DNA of 62,882 bases, the filler included, from Octopus bimaculoides (lineage: Eukaryota): NCBI RefSeq assembly GCF_001194135.2. It is 5 parts of 5 records of this genome, joined end to end, with 100 filler letters (N's around TTAATTAATTAA, not from the genome) between each part and the next. Parts side by side here need not be neighbours in the genome. Positions count along the whole stretch, not along the records: positions 1 to 22,768 come from NC_068990.1; positions 22,869 to 33,922 come from NC_068997.1; 3 more parts are not named here. One strand, 5' to 3'. Shown here piece by piece: positions 12,950 to 26,705 of this stretch. Each line of letters begins with the position of its first letter. Positions within the stretch are counted from its first letter, which is position 1. Under the pieces are notes generated by a model. The model was not told where the DNA came from. It did not search any database and saw only the letters and a program-made list of their open reading frames with translations. Made by a program: the position numbers and the translations under genes.

Positions 12950-13254
12950 ATAGAGGATATATTAACCTCATAAAGGGATGATTACATTCAAGAAAACATT
13001 GGTTCTATACCAAATTACGAAATATACTTTTGGGAAATAAAATATTCCTAAATTAGTAGGTATATATTATGCATTTTATCCATATTAGTTTAATGACAGG
13101 AATGAAAATGGAGAGTTGAAAGTTAATAATTAAAACAGTTGGAGGATGTATGAAGTATCATTTTATTTATAAATAATTATTAACACTCAACTCTCCATTT
13201 TCTTTTCTGTTATTAAGTGAATACAGATTACACACACGCACACTCACATAAATG

Positions 13255-13583
13255 TACCTCTCCAACACCACCATCCTCACAGGCACCCATCGTCGTCCCT
13301 ATCACATCAGCGACTCCTTTACTGCATCTCTCGCTGTCTCTGCCCTTCCCTGTACATCCGTCAAATGGGACGCCACTTGGCTGGCCGGCTCGCTGAGCAA
13401 CTCCACGACATTAGACTCGGCAATGACACCCTGGTCTCGCACTATTTACGCTCTACCGGTCATTAGCTACAACATCTGTCTTTGTTCCGACTGCCTATGC
13501 ACAGGGGCCATCCGGACTCTCGCCTTCACTGTGAATAGGAATTGGTCTTTTTTCTTCTCTCCTTTGCCCCACATGGGCTCAAC
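13255..13583 (+). pseudogene. Penelope-like element GIY-YIG endonuclease remnant
   Basis: With one frameshift reads ...HISDSFT / CPSLYIRQMGRHLAGRLAEQLHDIRLGNDTLVSHYLRSTGH*LQHLSLF...RLHCE*ELVFFLLSFAPHGLN. This matches the PLE pattern YIGxTGRxLxxRxxEH...HF...H...R..E...P.GLN. Contains two stops. Confidence 0.8.
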
Positions 13584-13947
13584 TCACCTCCTCTCTTCAT
13601 CTGATACCAGCATCACCTCCTCTCTTCATTTGATACCAACCCCGCACCACCCCACACACACAAGCACTGACCACTTCCCAGCACCCACTCCACGTGACCG
13701 ATAGAACAAGTACCTGGATTAAAATAAATGTTCTGGGATCGAGTCGTTCGGTTAAAATTCTTCAAGGTGTGGCCGCAGTCTAAGATAGCTATTTGCATAT
13801 ATATGTGTGTGTGTGTGTGTATGTATATGTATGTATGTGTGTGTATATATGTATTTGTGTGTATATATGCATGTATGTATTTAAATATATATATATATAT
13901 ATATATATATGAATACATACATACATATATATATTTTATGTAATATA

Positions 13948-14017
<70 letters not shown>

Positions 14018-15286
14018 AGAAAAAGCTGAAAGATATATGTGCGTGTATCTGTGTGTATGTATGTATGTTAGTTTCACTGAAGAGCTTTTAGATATGTCTT
14101 GAAACCTAGGAAACGCATGCACAATACCACCCAGCTTAGCGAAGCCGCACCAATGGAAGTGCCATCTATCTACGAACATAACATTATCGCAGATGCCAAA
14201 AGAAGGCCTGAACTGTGCAAGGCCAGATCCATCTTCCCGCCCTCAGTCCTAGCAGACTAGCCGAGCCCGACCTACGGCAAAGTCAACTACTGAATAATAT
14301 GACATATCTTCCCATTAGTACTGCTTTACTACGACCCCCACACATCACTAAATAATCAGATAGTGACACAGTGAGGTTCTCATCTTAAAACCGATGTCAT
14401 GCAACCTAGTGTGCTAGATTTATGTGTGTTCCATTCAAATATTTCATGACATATCTAGGAAGTGATCTTTCGTGCGTAGTTGAATCGGATCAATATAATC
14501 TTTCCAAAAATAATCCTAACAGAACCGCTGAAGTAGTATCTACGTTTACGCTAGCTAGATGTATTGTAGCAATGATGCAGCCACCATTTCTTTAGTGAAT
14601 CATTTCCAGCGCCTTTTTAAATAAGGATTTTTTATTCTAGGTTGTAAATTTTAAGTCGGAATTGCTCTCGATAAGAATGGAGCTAAAAGTATTTGAGACG
14701 TCAGTCAAAAAGTTCTATTTAGATATAAGCTTCCGGAGTTACCAATAACAACGACGATGACGACGACAGCAACAGATTTTGATCAACGCAATGTTGAATC
14801 AGAATCGATTACGGATTAAACAGCAACCAGACGAATAACAACACTACACAAAAACAACAACAACATCAACAATAATAACGACTGTGACTAGAAAGGCATC
14901 AAAAGGAAAAGCAACATGTATGACCCTTGGCTCTACGAAGCAATAACTGAACTGATGTGCTTGAAAGGTGTTATGTGGTTGTGGTCATGCAGCAGATTAC
15001 AGAGAAGATTAGAAATGTGAGCGCAAAATGATACAACAATCTATTGTTTCAGCAGTAATTGTCTTGAAATATTTCAGCCATCACCAAACTAGCTCACAGC
15101 ATTGTGCAGACTCACTAGACAGTGAAACATTTGCTAAATGCCGATATGGTAACATGCCACATGTGTCTTTGACTCACTTTTACGGACACACGGTTCGTTG
15201 GAGAAACAGTGGAATGAATGGATGTTTGAGATGGTGTGGTTTCTTAAAGAGACGATCTGGAGATAAATTCCTTATTCAGTGTTAAT

Positions 15287-15540
15287 CAGTGGTTTTCAAC
15301 AGGTGTTCATATGACCCTTAGGGAATCATATAAGATTTTGTTGCTAAAATTAAAGGCGCAAGAAATTGGTTATGCTTCTAGAATGCACAAAAATTTTAAC
15401 AATTTATACAATACCCAATAAAATCTAATTATCAAAACACAGCAGTATACTTTAATTATCGAATGGTTATCGAAATCCACCAGTTCCACGATAGGAATCA
15501 AAGGGCCCCATAGGTAAAAAAAATAAAGGTTGTTCAGGGA
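15287..15540. mobile_element. Probable decayed hAT MITE
   Basis: Left end CAGTGGTTTTCAACAGG. Right end only partly recognisable (aaggttgttc). Confidence 0.4.
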
Positions 15541-15934
15541 GAAAGAAATACACAGCCTTGCTTGATTGATACAATTTCCAGGCCAAAGAATGTTTGTAAT
15601 GGTCGATGTAAGGTCAGCTGGTCATTGTGATGGAGATAATGAGATGGCGTTTAAATAGAAGAGACCATCGTGATTGTAGTGGTTATAAGAGTGACAGATG
15701 TGCTGGTGGTCATTGTAGTGAAAAGAGGTTGGCTGTCGTGGGGATGGGGATTTTCCTTATCGGTAGTATGGAAGGGTTGAAGGGGAGTGTGAAGTTAATA
15801 AGTACGGTGATAATGGTAGAGTTAATAAGAGAGTTAATGAGAGAGGTATGTTTGTGCAAAGTTACGTGTGTAATAATATGTATTCATATACGAAAACATT
15901 TACATAACTGCTATTATATGTTTGTATGTGAAGA

Positions 15935-16560
<626 letters not shown>

Positions 16561-16687
16561 TACGCACACATATATGTACTTATGCCTGTATGAGTGTACT
16601 TAACGAGTAGAATTATTTATTTTAATATATAGATTAATATTATACATGCCACACAAACACACATATCAACGTTGATATATCTATAAA

Positions 16688-16731
<44 letters not shown>

Positions 16732-17070
16732 CGAGTGTCTGGTTGTATGTGTGTTCCTCTCTCTACACATTTATTTACGCTCTAAACTGTGCTCTGTATA
16801 ACTGACATAAATCCATATATATGTGAGCAACTGAGAAAGAAAAACAACAGTGTGTGCGCGTGCGCGCGCTTGTAGGCTTGTGTGTGTGTGTGTGGATGTA
16901 AGTGTGTATGTATTGTTTTTATGTGTGTGTGTGTGTGTGTTTGTCTGTAACTACGTTTTTAGTAAAGCATATTTGCTTTTGGGGCGTGTTTCTGGTTCCG
17001 TTTCAACCTGCGTATATAGCGTATATTTAGAAGCATACATACATACATACATGCATACATACATACATAC

Positions 17071-17115
<45 letters not shown>

Positions 17116-17706
17116 CATACAAACGTATATATGTATATATATATATATANNNNNNNNNNNNNNNNNNNNNNNNNNNNNNNNNNNNNNNNNNNNNNNNNNN
17201 NNNNNNNNNNNNNNNNNNNNNNNNNNNNNNNNNNNNNNNNNNNNNNNNNNNNNNNNNNNNNNNNNNNNNNNNNNNNNNNNNNNNNNNNNNNNNNNNNNNN
17301 NNNNNNNNNNNNNNNNNNNNNNNNNNNNNNNNNNNNNNNNNNNNNNNNNNNNNNNNNNNNNNNNNNNNNNNNNNNNNNNNNNNNNNNNNNNNNNNNNNNN
17401 NNNNNNNNNNNNNNNNNNNNNNNNNNNNNNNNNNNNNNNNNNNNNNNNNNNNNNNNNNNNNNNNNNNNNNNNNNNNNNNNNNNNNNNNNNNNNNNNNNNN
17501 NNNNNNNNNNNNNNNNNNNNNNNNNNNNNNNNNNNNNNNNNNNNNNNNNNNNNNNNNNNNNNNNNNNNNNNNNNNNNNNNNNNNNNNNNNNNNNNNNNNN
17601 NNNNNNNNNNNNNNNNNNNNNNNNNNNNNNNNNNNNNNNNNNNNNNNNNNNNNNNNNNNNNNNNNNNNNNNNNNNNNNNNNNNNNNNNNNNNNNNNNNNN
17701 NNNNNG

Positions 17707-18244
17707 CACCACCGCCACCAGCCCCACCGCCACCAGCACCGCTACCGCCACCACCACCACCACTACCGTTACCTCCTGCATCGCCTTCACCAGCACCATC
17801 ATAGTCGCTATCGCCGTTACTGTCATCGTTGTCGTCGTCGTCGTCATCATCATCATCATCGACCACATCGTCGTCTTCGCCACCGTCACCACAAACGTAT
17901 ATCAAACAAACATCGCCATTCTTCTTCTTCTTCTTCTTCTTCTTCTTCTTCTTCTTCTTCTTCTTCTTCTTCTTCTTCTTCTTCTGCTTCTTCTTCTTCT
18001 TCATTTTCTGCTTCTTCTTCTTTCACGTCTTCTTCTTTCACGTCTTCTTCTTTTTCTGCTTCTTCTTCTTTCACGTCTTCTTCTTTCACGTCTTCTTCTT
18101 CTTCTTCTTCTTCTTCTTTCACGTCTTCTTCTTCTTCTTTCACGTCTTCTTCTTCTTTTTCTTCTTCTTCTTTTTCTTCTTCTTCTTCTTCATCATCATC
18201 ATCGTCATCATCATTATCATCATCATGACCTCCACCACCACTAC
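17707..18244. repeat. Compound trinucleotide array (CAC/CAT/CTT) with a higher-order ttcttctttcacgtc unit
   Basis: Directly visible; flanked by gaps. Confidence 0.95.
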
Positions 18245-18657
18245 NNNNNNNNNNNNNNNNNNNNNNNNNNNNNNNNNNNNNNNNNNNNNNNNNNNNNNNN
18301 NNNNNNNNNNNNNNNNNNNNNNNNNNNNNNNNNNNNNNNNNNNNNNNNNNNNNNNNNNNNNNNNNNNNNNNNNNNNNNNNNNNNNNNNNNNNNNNNNNNN
18401 NNNNNNNNNNNNNNNNNNNNNNNNNNNNNNNNNNNNNNNNNNNNNNNNNNNNNNNNNNNNNNNNNNNNNNNNNNNNNNNNNNNNNNNNNNNNNNNNNNNN
18501 NNNNNNNNNNNNNNNNNNNNNNNNNNNNNNNNNNNNNNNNNNNNNNNNNNNNNNNNNNNNNNNNNNNNNNNNNNNNNNNNNNNNNNNNNNNNNNNNNNNN
18601 NNNNNNNNNNNNNNNNNNNNNNNNNNNNNNNNNNNNNNNNNNNNNNNNNNNNNNNNN

Positions 18658-18720
<63 letters not shown>

Positions 18721-18961
18721 AATAACCGACTGACGTCCAAGAACAACGCCAAATGGCTTTTTATATTGTTAGCAATATATGGTGGCTGTTGCAGTCTCTC
18801 AGAACCTACCCAACCTCCCACATCTGCTACCACCCCTATCCTTATCATCTTCAACAGTACAACGCTAACCCTGCCAGTACCTCAAGTAACAACATCTTCT
18901 ATCGGTTTATCATCATTGTCGTCAATTACTTCGTATCCTAGAACCAGATTTAAACCATACA

Positions 18962-19500
18962 TATATAGGTGCAAGCTTGGTTGTGTGCTAAGAAGCTTGC
19001 TTCCCAGCCACATGGTTCCAGGTTCAGTTCCACTGTGAGGCATCTTGAGCAAGTGTGTTCTACTACAGCCTCGGGTCGACCGAAGCTTTTGGAGTGGATT
19101 TGGTAGACGGAGACTGAAAGAAGCTCGTCATATATATATNNNNNNNNNNATATACACATATGTGTGTGAGTATGTGTGTGTGAGTATGTGTGTGTGTGTA
19201 TGTATGTGCGTGTATGTGTCTTTGTGTCTGTTTTTGTCTTCCATCACTGCTTGACAACCGGTATTGGTGTGTTTACACCCCCATGACTTAGCGGTTCGAT
19301 AATAAGTAGTAGACTTTAAAAAACGTCCTGGGGGGGTTGATTCATTCGACTAAAAATTCAAGGTGGTGTTCCAGCATGGCAGCAGTGAAAAATGACTGAC
19401 ACAGTTAAAAGAATGAAATAATATATAAATTGATGCATACATGCTGCAGCATGGCCACAGCTTCAGGGCTGAAACATATAAAAGAATAAAAGAATAATGC
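18962..19500 (+). mobile_element. Full-length SINE with internal TA/TG microsatellite
   Basis: Head 18962-19130, microsatellite and gap, tail 19235-19500 ending aaagaataaaagaataa. Confidence 0.8.
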
Positions 19501-19699
19501 ACAAGCTCGAAACGTCGAAGACTTTTTCCAATTTTTCCTGAGCGTCAAACTAATACACGTTGTTTGTTGTTCCCTCCCTCGTCTCCGTCCTTATGGTACC
19601 ATACCTTATATCTTTTTATCTATTATTGTTTCCAATCATTACACTACAGTTATGCAGTACTTTCTAAGCTTTGTACTTATTCTCTAGGTCACCCAGGCT

Positions 19700-19940
19700 G
19701 AACTGCTAGGTAAGCCAACACCGGTCGTCAATCTGTGGTGGCGGACAAACAAAAAATATAGATACACACGTAGATACATCCATATAAATAGGGCGGACAC
19801 ATTTCAGTTTCCATCTACCAAATCCACTTAGAAGGCTTTGGTCGGCCTGAGACTATAGGTGAAGACACTTGCCCAAGGTGCCACGCAGTGGGACTGAACC
19901 CATGGCTATATGATTGAGAATGAATGTTTCTTAGCCACGC
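19700..19940 (-). mobile_element. SINE, partial
   Basis: tttcagtttccatctaccaaatccact...cacttgcccaaggtgccacgcagtgggactgaacc. Confidence 0.75.
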
Positions 19941-19979
19941 ATTCATGTTTGATCTTCAGAGTAAATAATTGTTTGAAAT

Positions 19980-20147
19980 CTTGACCCGCGGCCAGAAATC
20001 TTTGCACTGCTGATTTCCTTCACAAAATCGGAATCTAACTGCGGTCTGTTTAATATATGAGCCCCACGTGGAAGGGTGTCTGTTGTCGCGAGTGTCACTG
20101 GCCATTCTCCGCGGCATCGTCTTTGCAACCATGTCCACAAATCAAAG
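19980..20147 (+). promoter_or_regulatory. Candidate promoter and first coding exon of an unrecognised plus-strand gene
   Basis: Local CpG/GC enrichment, TAATATAT at 20051, CCACGTGG (E-box) at 20064-20071, then gcaaccATG TCC ACA AAT CAA AG|gtaagc (good start context and consensus donor at 20148). Confidence 0.45.
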
Positions 20148-22768
20148 GTAAGCACGCCATTTGTTCTGGGGCGTACAACTCATTTCCCCTCATTCACTTT
20201 CCTTCTTCTGCTGCTTAATGCCCCCACCCCCCACCAACCCGAACATTTTTTTCCTTCTTCTTTGTTTCCTTGGTGAAGGAGTTATAATTTTTATTTCTCG
20301 GCAATTTGATCTTTTATGCTTTTAGTATTTTTTCTTTCTTTCGTTTCATTCTGTAAAATATATTGTTAATAAAATGGGGATTTTAGTAGTGAAAAAGATG
20401 AAAAGTTCTTTGATAACATCTACCAAATACAAACTTCGAAATATGAGCATGATGTGTACATTTGGTTATTTCTTGCATGTCTTGAATAAATTCTCAAGCA
20501 ATTGTCATAGCCCTATGTTTGCAGTTAGAACCTACCACAACGTTATATAATTTATTACATAAATCTCATGATTAATTCAAATACCAGTGTGACGTGGTAT
20601 ATTTTATATAACGTGTATGATATATCTCTTTATTGCCTAACACTCGTTAACCATTCTTAACATATGACCATACCACTGTGGCAAAATCCATTACTTTGCA
20701 TAAGCTAGATCGCTAGAATCATCTCAAAAATATTTATTTTCAAACCATTCATCATATTACATAAATTCTGTGTCTTACGGCTCTGTTGATAATTTTCAGT
20801 CTTACGTTGCTATCACACGATATGTGACATTACAAGGCATGTGTACTGGGCTTACTCATAGAATTGCGGCCATCTAGGTGTACGAGCTTCAAGGATCTTT
20901 TTGATTGTATCAGCTTCCGATAATTATATCAGCCTGACAATTATTTTGCCAATATTTCCTTGTTGAACTGCTAGGTAATTGGATATAGAGTGACACATCA
21001 TGAGCTAAGCCAAGACAGAACGCACACAAACATACACAGACATACAGAAAGAACACACCAATCCCTCGAAAGCCAATGTACGTATCTTATATAAAACTCT
21101 CTCTCTCTCTCTCTCTCTCTCCTTGCATATATATGTATGTATATATGCGTGTATATATTTTATGCATATGTATATGTATATGTGTGTATATATATATATA
21201 CATATATTATATATATGTATATATGTATGTATGTATATATAAGGAGTTCCTGCCTTGAAAACAGGAACTAAACCACAGTTATTTTGTGTTCTTTGCTACA
21301 TTGGTTTCTATTAACTCATTTATTCTATCAGAAGAATTTTTATCCATTAAGATAGAAGAAATACACTTAATTATATGTATATATGTATGTATNNNNNNNN
21401 NNNNNNNNNNNNNNNNNNNNNNNNNNNNNNNNNNNNNNNNNNNNNNNNNNNNNNNNNNNNNNNNNNNNNNNNNNNNNNNGTGTGTGTCTGTGTGTGTCTC
21501 TGTGTGTGTGTGTATATAAAAAAGAGTGAGATAAAGAGACCAGTGGCATAAGTAAATTTATATTTTATGTAGAGTGTCTTACAGCTGTTTCAGGGAAAAG
21601 TTCAATGTATTCCTTCATCGGAGACGGTAATAGTAGAAGATAAGGATTATTACATCTGTATGAGGAGATTTTGCAGTAGGAAATGAGAGCGATGCGGGGA
21701 AGGAAAAACAAAGAAGAAAAAGTACTTGGAGTATCGTTCGATTCCAACAGTAAAGATCCATGTATAGAATCCGTGTGGGTATTCTCCAGTGATAATTAAA
21801 GTTGCTTTGGTGGATGTCATTTCTTATCCAGTTTACTCTGTGCGTTGTTTACTTAAAGGACAGTCCGAAATGAGTGAAAGATGTGTGTAGGATTGCGAGG
21901 TCAAGCCATAAGACAGGAAAGGAGAAGGAAGGGATATTTAAGGGAGAAATGAAGGTGATAGTTCAAGCAATAGGCTATAAATAGATGAAAAGAAAGATGT
22001 ATAAGAGATTGTGACGATAATAAGAAAGATGACACAGAAGATGAAGATGATGATGATAAAGACCAAGGTAATGATTATGAGGATGATGTTGAATGCGACC
22101 ATCATAGTTTATGAATACTCTGTGACAAAATGGGGGAAACACACCTGCACATTGCATTTAAATGTTTCATCAGCTATTCTCCTTCTCGCTGTGTTGTCAG
22201 ATCAATTAACGCTACCCTGATTGACCACATGATTTTTTTTAATGAGCACCAAATATTTCATTGACACAGAAGGATAGAAAGCAAAGCTAACATCAGTGGA
22301 AATTGAACTCGGAACGCAAAGAAGAAGAAACACATTCAGACATTTTGTCATATGATTTAATGGTTACCAACAGTTCGCTCCACCGACCACCATCACTACC
22401 AATCGCCCTTGAGCATTCTTAGAGAGTTTGGGTTCATATAAAAGAAAGAAAAACGGGAAGAAATATAGGAATGGTAAATTGTAAAGAATCATATGAGAGG
22501 AGCCAGAATGGAATTGCAAAGAGGAACAAGAAAGAGGGAAAAAAAACATTAAAGAAATTACAACGCAAATTAAAAGAAACGGTAAAACAGCTGAAAGAAC
22601 GACAACTGAAATAAATCCATTAATATTTCGAAACAATGGAAGAATCTTTACATAGGGAAAATCGAAGGATATATATGTGTGAGTGTATGTGCACACACAC
22701 ACTTACACACACACTCACACACACACATACAGGCATACAGGGTCATATATACGTATATACGTTTATAT

Positions 22769-22868
22769 NNNNNNNNNNNNNNNNNNNNNNNNNNNNNNNN
22801 NNNNNNNNNNNNTTAATTAATTAANNNNNNNNNNNNNNNNNNNNNNNNNNNNNNNNNNNNNNNNNNNN
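22769..22868. other. Artificial scaffold spacer: 44 N + TTAATTAATTAA + 44 N
   Basis: The identical 100 bp construct occurs at 22769, 33923, 56357 and 60000. The 12-mer has stops in all six frames. Confidence 0.95.
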
Positions 22869-22918
<50 letters not shown>

Positions 22919-23542
22919 TGTATGTATGTATATTTGTCTATGTATATACTAACATTCATGCAAGAATTTATACATTCGTATCTTCATATGTACGTCTAAT
23001 TGTTTAGAATTTATAAAACTTTGACGCCGGAGGAACCAGAAGAAAAACTTATTCTATTAATCGTCATTGCAAATCCTATAACTTATAAGAGTATTTAGGT
23101 AAGCAATGTGGCTATTACAGTCTATACGCATAACTAAAGAACGATCAACAGTAATGTAGCTGAAGTAATCTTAGTATTCTATTAATATAAAGTACGCAAA
23201 TTTGCAGATAAATTTTAACGGTATATAAATCATATTATAAGTAAACATAAATTTTAAATAAATACACAATCAAGTAGTCGAGTGTATGTTAGATAAGGAA
23301 ACATACTGAGGCTAAATATTGTATAATATTAAGATTAAATAGAAATAATAAAATGAATCCAGCATTTTATTTCATTTTCAAACTTCAAAGCTCACCCAAA
23401 TATCGCTTAACATTTATATAAGAAAAAATCCACTTTCATAAAAACATACGCCACGCACATTCAATCAATGATATGTGTGTTTGCGCGCGTATGTACTTTG
23501 CATAGATGGTATACATACGTACGTGTGTATGTAAATATATAT

Positions 23543-23585
<43 letters not shown>

Positions 23586-23699
23586 TCTGTCTAAATCTAT
23601 CTTTCTCGCTCTTTCCCCCTGTCTCTCCTTATATGTTTATATACATATGCATACATATATACGTACATACATACATACATACACATATATATTATATGC

Positions 23700-23847
23700 G
23701 TGTTAAGAAGCTTCCTTCCCAACCACATCGCTCCGCGTTCACATTCACTGAGTGGCACCTTTAGCGTGTCTTCTATTATAACCACGGACCGACCAAAGCC
23801 TTGCAAGTGGATTTTGGCAGAGGGAAACTGAAAGAAGATCAAGGTAC

Positions 23848-23850
<3 letters not shown>
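23700..23850 (+). mobile_element. SINE head
   Basis: Matches 16091 and 36478. Confidence 0.75.
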
Positions 23851-23885
<35 letters not shown>

Positions 23886-25667
23886 GCACANNNNNNNNNN
23901 NNNNNNNNNNNNNNNNNNNNNNNNNNNNNNNNNNNNNNNNNNNNNNNNNNNNNNNNNNNNNNNNNNNNNNNNNNNNNNNNNNNNNNNNNNNNNNNNNNNN
24001 NNNNNNNNNNNNNNNNNNNNNNNNNNNNNNNNNNNNNNNNNNNNNNNNNNNNNNNNNNNNNNNNNNNNNNNNNNNNNNNNNNNNNNNNNNNNNNNNNNNN
24101 NNNNNNNNNNNNNNNNNNNNNNNNNNNNNNNNNNNNNNNNNNNNNNNNNNNNNNNNNNNNNNNNNNNNNNNNNNNNNNNNNNNNNNNNNNNNNNNNNNNN
24201 NNNNNNNNNNNNNNNNNNNNNNNNNNNNNNNNNNNNNNNNNNNNNNNNNNNNNNNNNNNNNNNNNNNNNNNNNNNNNNNNNNNNNNNNNNNNNNNAGGTT
24301 TTTAACTTTTAAATTTTCATATTCAAAAGAGACAGAGACTTCAAACTCGATATATCGATTTATTCATCACTCTATGTTAACATTTCTGTGCCAAACTTAT
24401 CCAGGAATCTAGTTAATGATCCCCTAAGGTAAGTTCTTATGCTATATTGGTAACGGTTGCTACATCCTCTGGAAAGTTATTACATATATATATATATATA
24501 TATACACCAACATATATGTATACATGTTTAGACCTACTCAACAACATCAATGTAGATGAATCACTCAACTGAAAGTGAACTGAAAGTTGCGTACGGTGCA
24601 AACACAACGACCCGACAACGATAGATACAATAACGTTAAAATATGGTCTTCGATATTATTCCTTTTTAGTCCCCCGCATGTGTTTTGGAACAAAACTTCT
24701 GAAAATTCCTTAGGCTGTCGTTTTAGAAGCTTCAAAATCTCATTTTCAAATTTAATTATTGTTACGACATACAGTCAATGTGTCCTGCTGTAAGCTGCAA
24801 TAAACTTCCCGGATAATTTTATAAGTGATAAAATTTTCAAATCTATACTTATTATTATGGCCGGCTTCCAAATCTATATTCAAATTCATACAACGGAATA
24901 TTATGGCAGGTTTGAAAATATAACATACCTTTAGTTATGCTCTATCTGTGTCTTTAATTTGTTCTTTGACATTGATTTTAGTAGGGGTTCCGTTTTTGTT
25001 CTAATTGACTTTTCTTTTTAAATCTATATAAATTTGCTATGATATCAATAAGTGTTTTTCAATAAAATTTCGTTTTGTATACGGTATTATAATGGGATGC
25101 AATAATTCTTAGTTTAAATGCATAGTCAACCAACGAGACAAAAATTGTATATGTGCGTCCGATTTAATTCCATTTACAATTTTCATGTTTAAACTGAAAA
25201 TTACATATAACATTTGATTTCATACTAGTGAGTGTTTCCTTCTGGTATTATTACGATACAGCCCTACTATGAGTTTGCTGTTATGTGTGATACATTTTGA
25301 CGTATATGCTATGAGTTTTGATGACGTATCAATCCATTGTATCACACAAGTACATCAGGATCATACAATATGCTGTTTGTGAAATTATAGTGAGTGTTAC
25401 ATATTTTGTAACATTGTAAATAACTTTATTTTCATTGTTTTATGCTTTCGACTATTATATTTGCAAACCCATTACCAAATGAACTCAGATACTCGCGAAA
25501 GATTTTAATGTTCAATGTTTCTTTTGTGAACGAAACTTTAAGCGCTTGTAAATACTGATATTGTGTCGTTATGGAGATTCGCTTCCGCTGAGGGCGTATT
25601 TGTGTTAATTAATGATATTTGTAAACTGAAATGCTATACATATTGACCGCATCTCTTTGGTAATATC

Positions 25668-25868
25668 TAGAAACATTAGCACGCCGGGCGAAATGCTTAG
25701 TGGTATTTCGTCTGTCTTTACGTTCTGTGTTCAAATTTCGCCGAGGTCCACTTTGCCTTTCATCCTTTCTGTGTCGATAAATTAAATACCAGATGCGTAC
25801 TGGAGTCGATCTAATCGGCTATACCCTCCCCAAAATTTTCGCGCTTTGTTCCTTGAGTAGAAAAGATT
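25668..25868 (+). mobile_element. SINE (gagctggcagaa family)
   Basis: ttagcacgccgggcgaaatgcttag...gttcaaatttcgccgagg. Confidence 0.8.
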
Positions 25869-26599
25869 ATCTTGGAATATTTTGTCGATCTATATTTTAA
25901 AGTCCAGATTCTATCAGGTATATAATCATTCCCAGACACATGACATTGCAGCAGATTAATTTGAAAGTGAGGTTCGGAAAATATTGATAATTCGACCTTA
26001 TGGATTTAGCAGCATTATTGCTTAATTCCATTTGAATTAATTTTTGGAAGGTATTTGAGAAAGTTTGGATATAGTCGCAGATGTCATCTAGTGTTTTATT
26101 CTTACTTTAGGTGGAAAATAATTACTTGTGTTTTTAATCAGTGATTCATCTTCTTTTTTTGTAGTCAGTTAGTGCTTTTCTGAGTCGTAGTTTGCTGCAG
26201 ATTACATACCCATCGATGTACATATTTCAGCTCACTTCCTTAGCTTTCGAGTTTTTGTGTATATTCAGTTATTCCCCCCACCTCTGAAAGATGAAAGATT
26301 ACCTCCTCTGCCTCCAATAATAATGATCACCAGTTACCTTCCCTTAGATTTTTCTACTTCTTGAATCATTCCTTCACAAACTTCTCCACACGCAACATGG
26401 ACTAAAATCTTCTTAAGAAAATAATATGAAATCACAATAAATTCAGTGTCATGATTAGTGAAGGCGAAACTGTTCGCCAAACAATATAAAATATATTAAA
26501 ACTGTGCAAAGTGTGTGCATTTTCTTTCTTTTATTATATACATATATCTTTTGCATTACAACTCACCACGTGAGAATAATCGAAATTCCAGACAGACAG

Positions 26600-26705
<106 letters not shown>

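Noticed and set aside
16850-18854. Long ORFs, including an acidic KEEDV-repeat frame
   Set aside because: Translations of trinucleotide arrays and N runs; no splice or domain support.
21550-21900. Possible CR1/L2 3' remnant on the minus strand
   Set aside because: Only vague resemblance; no clear motif.
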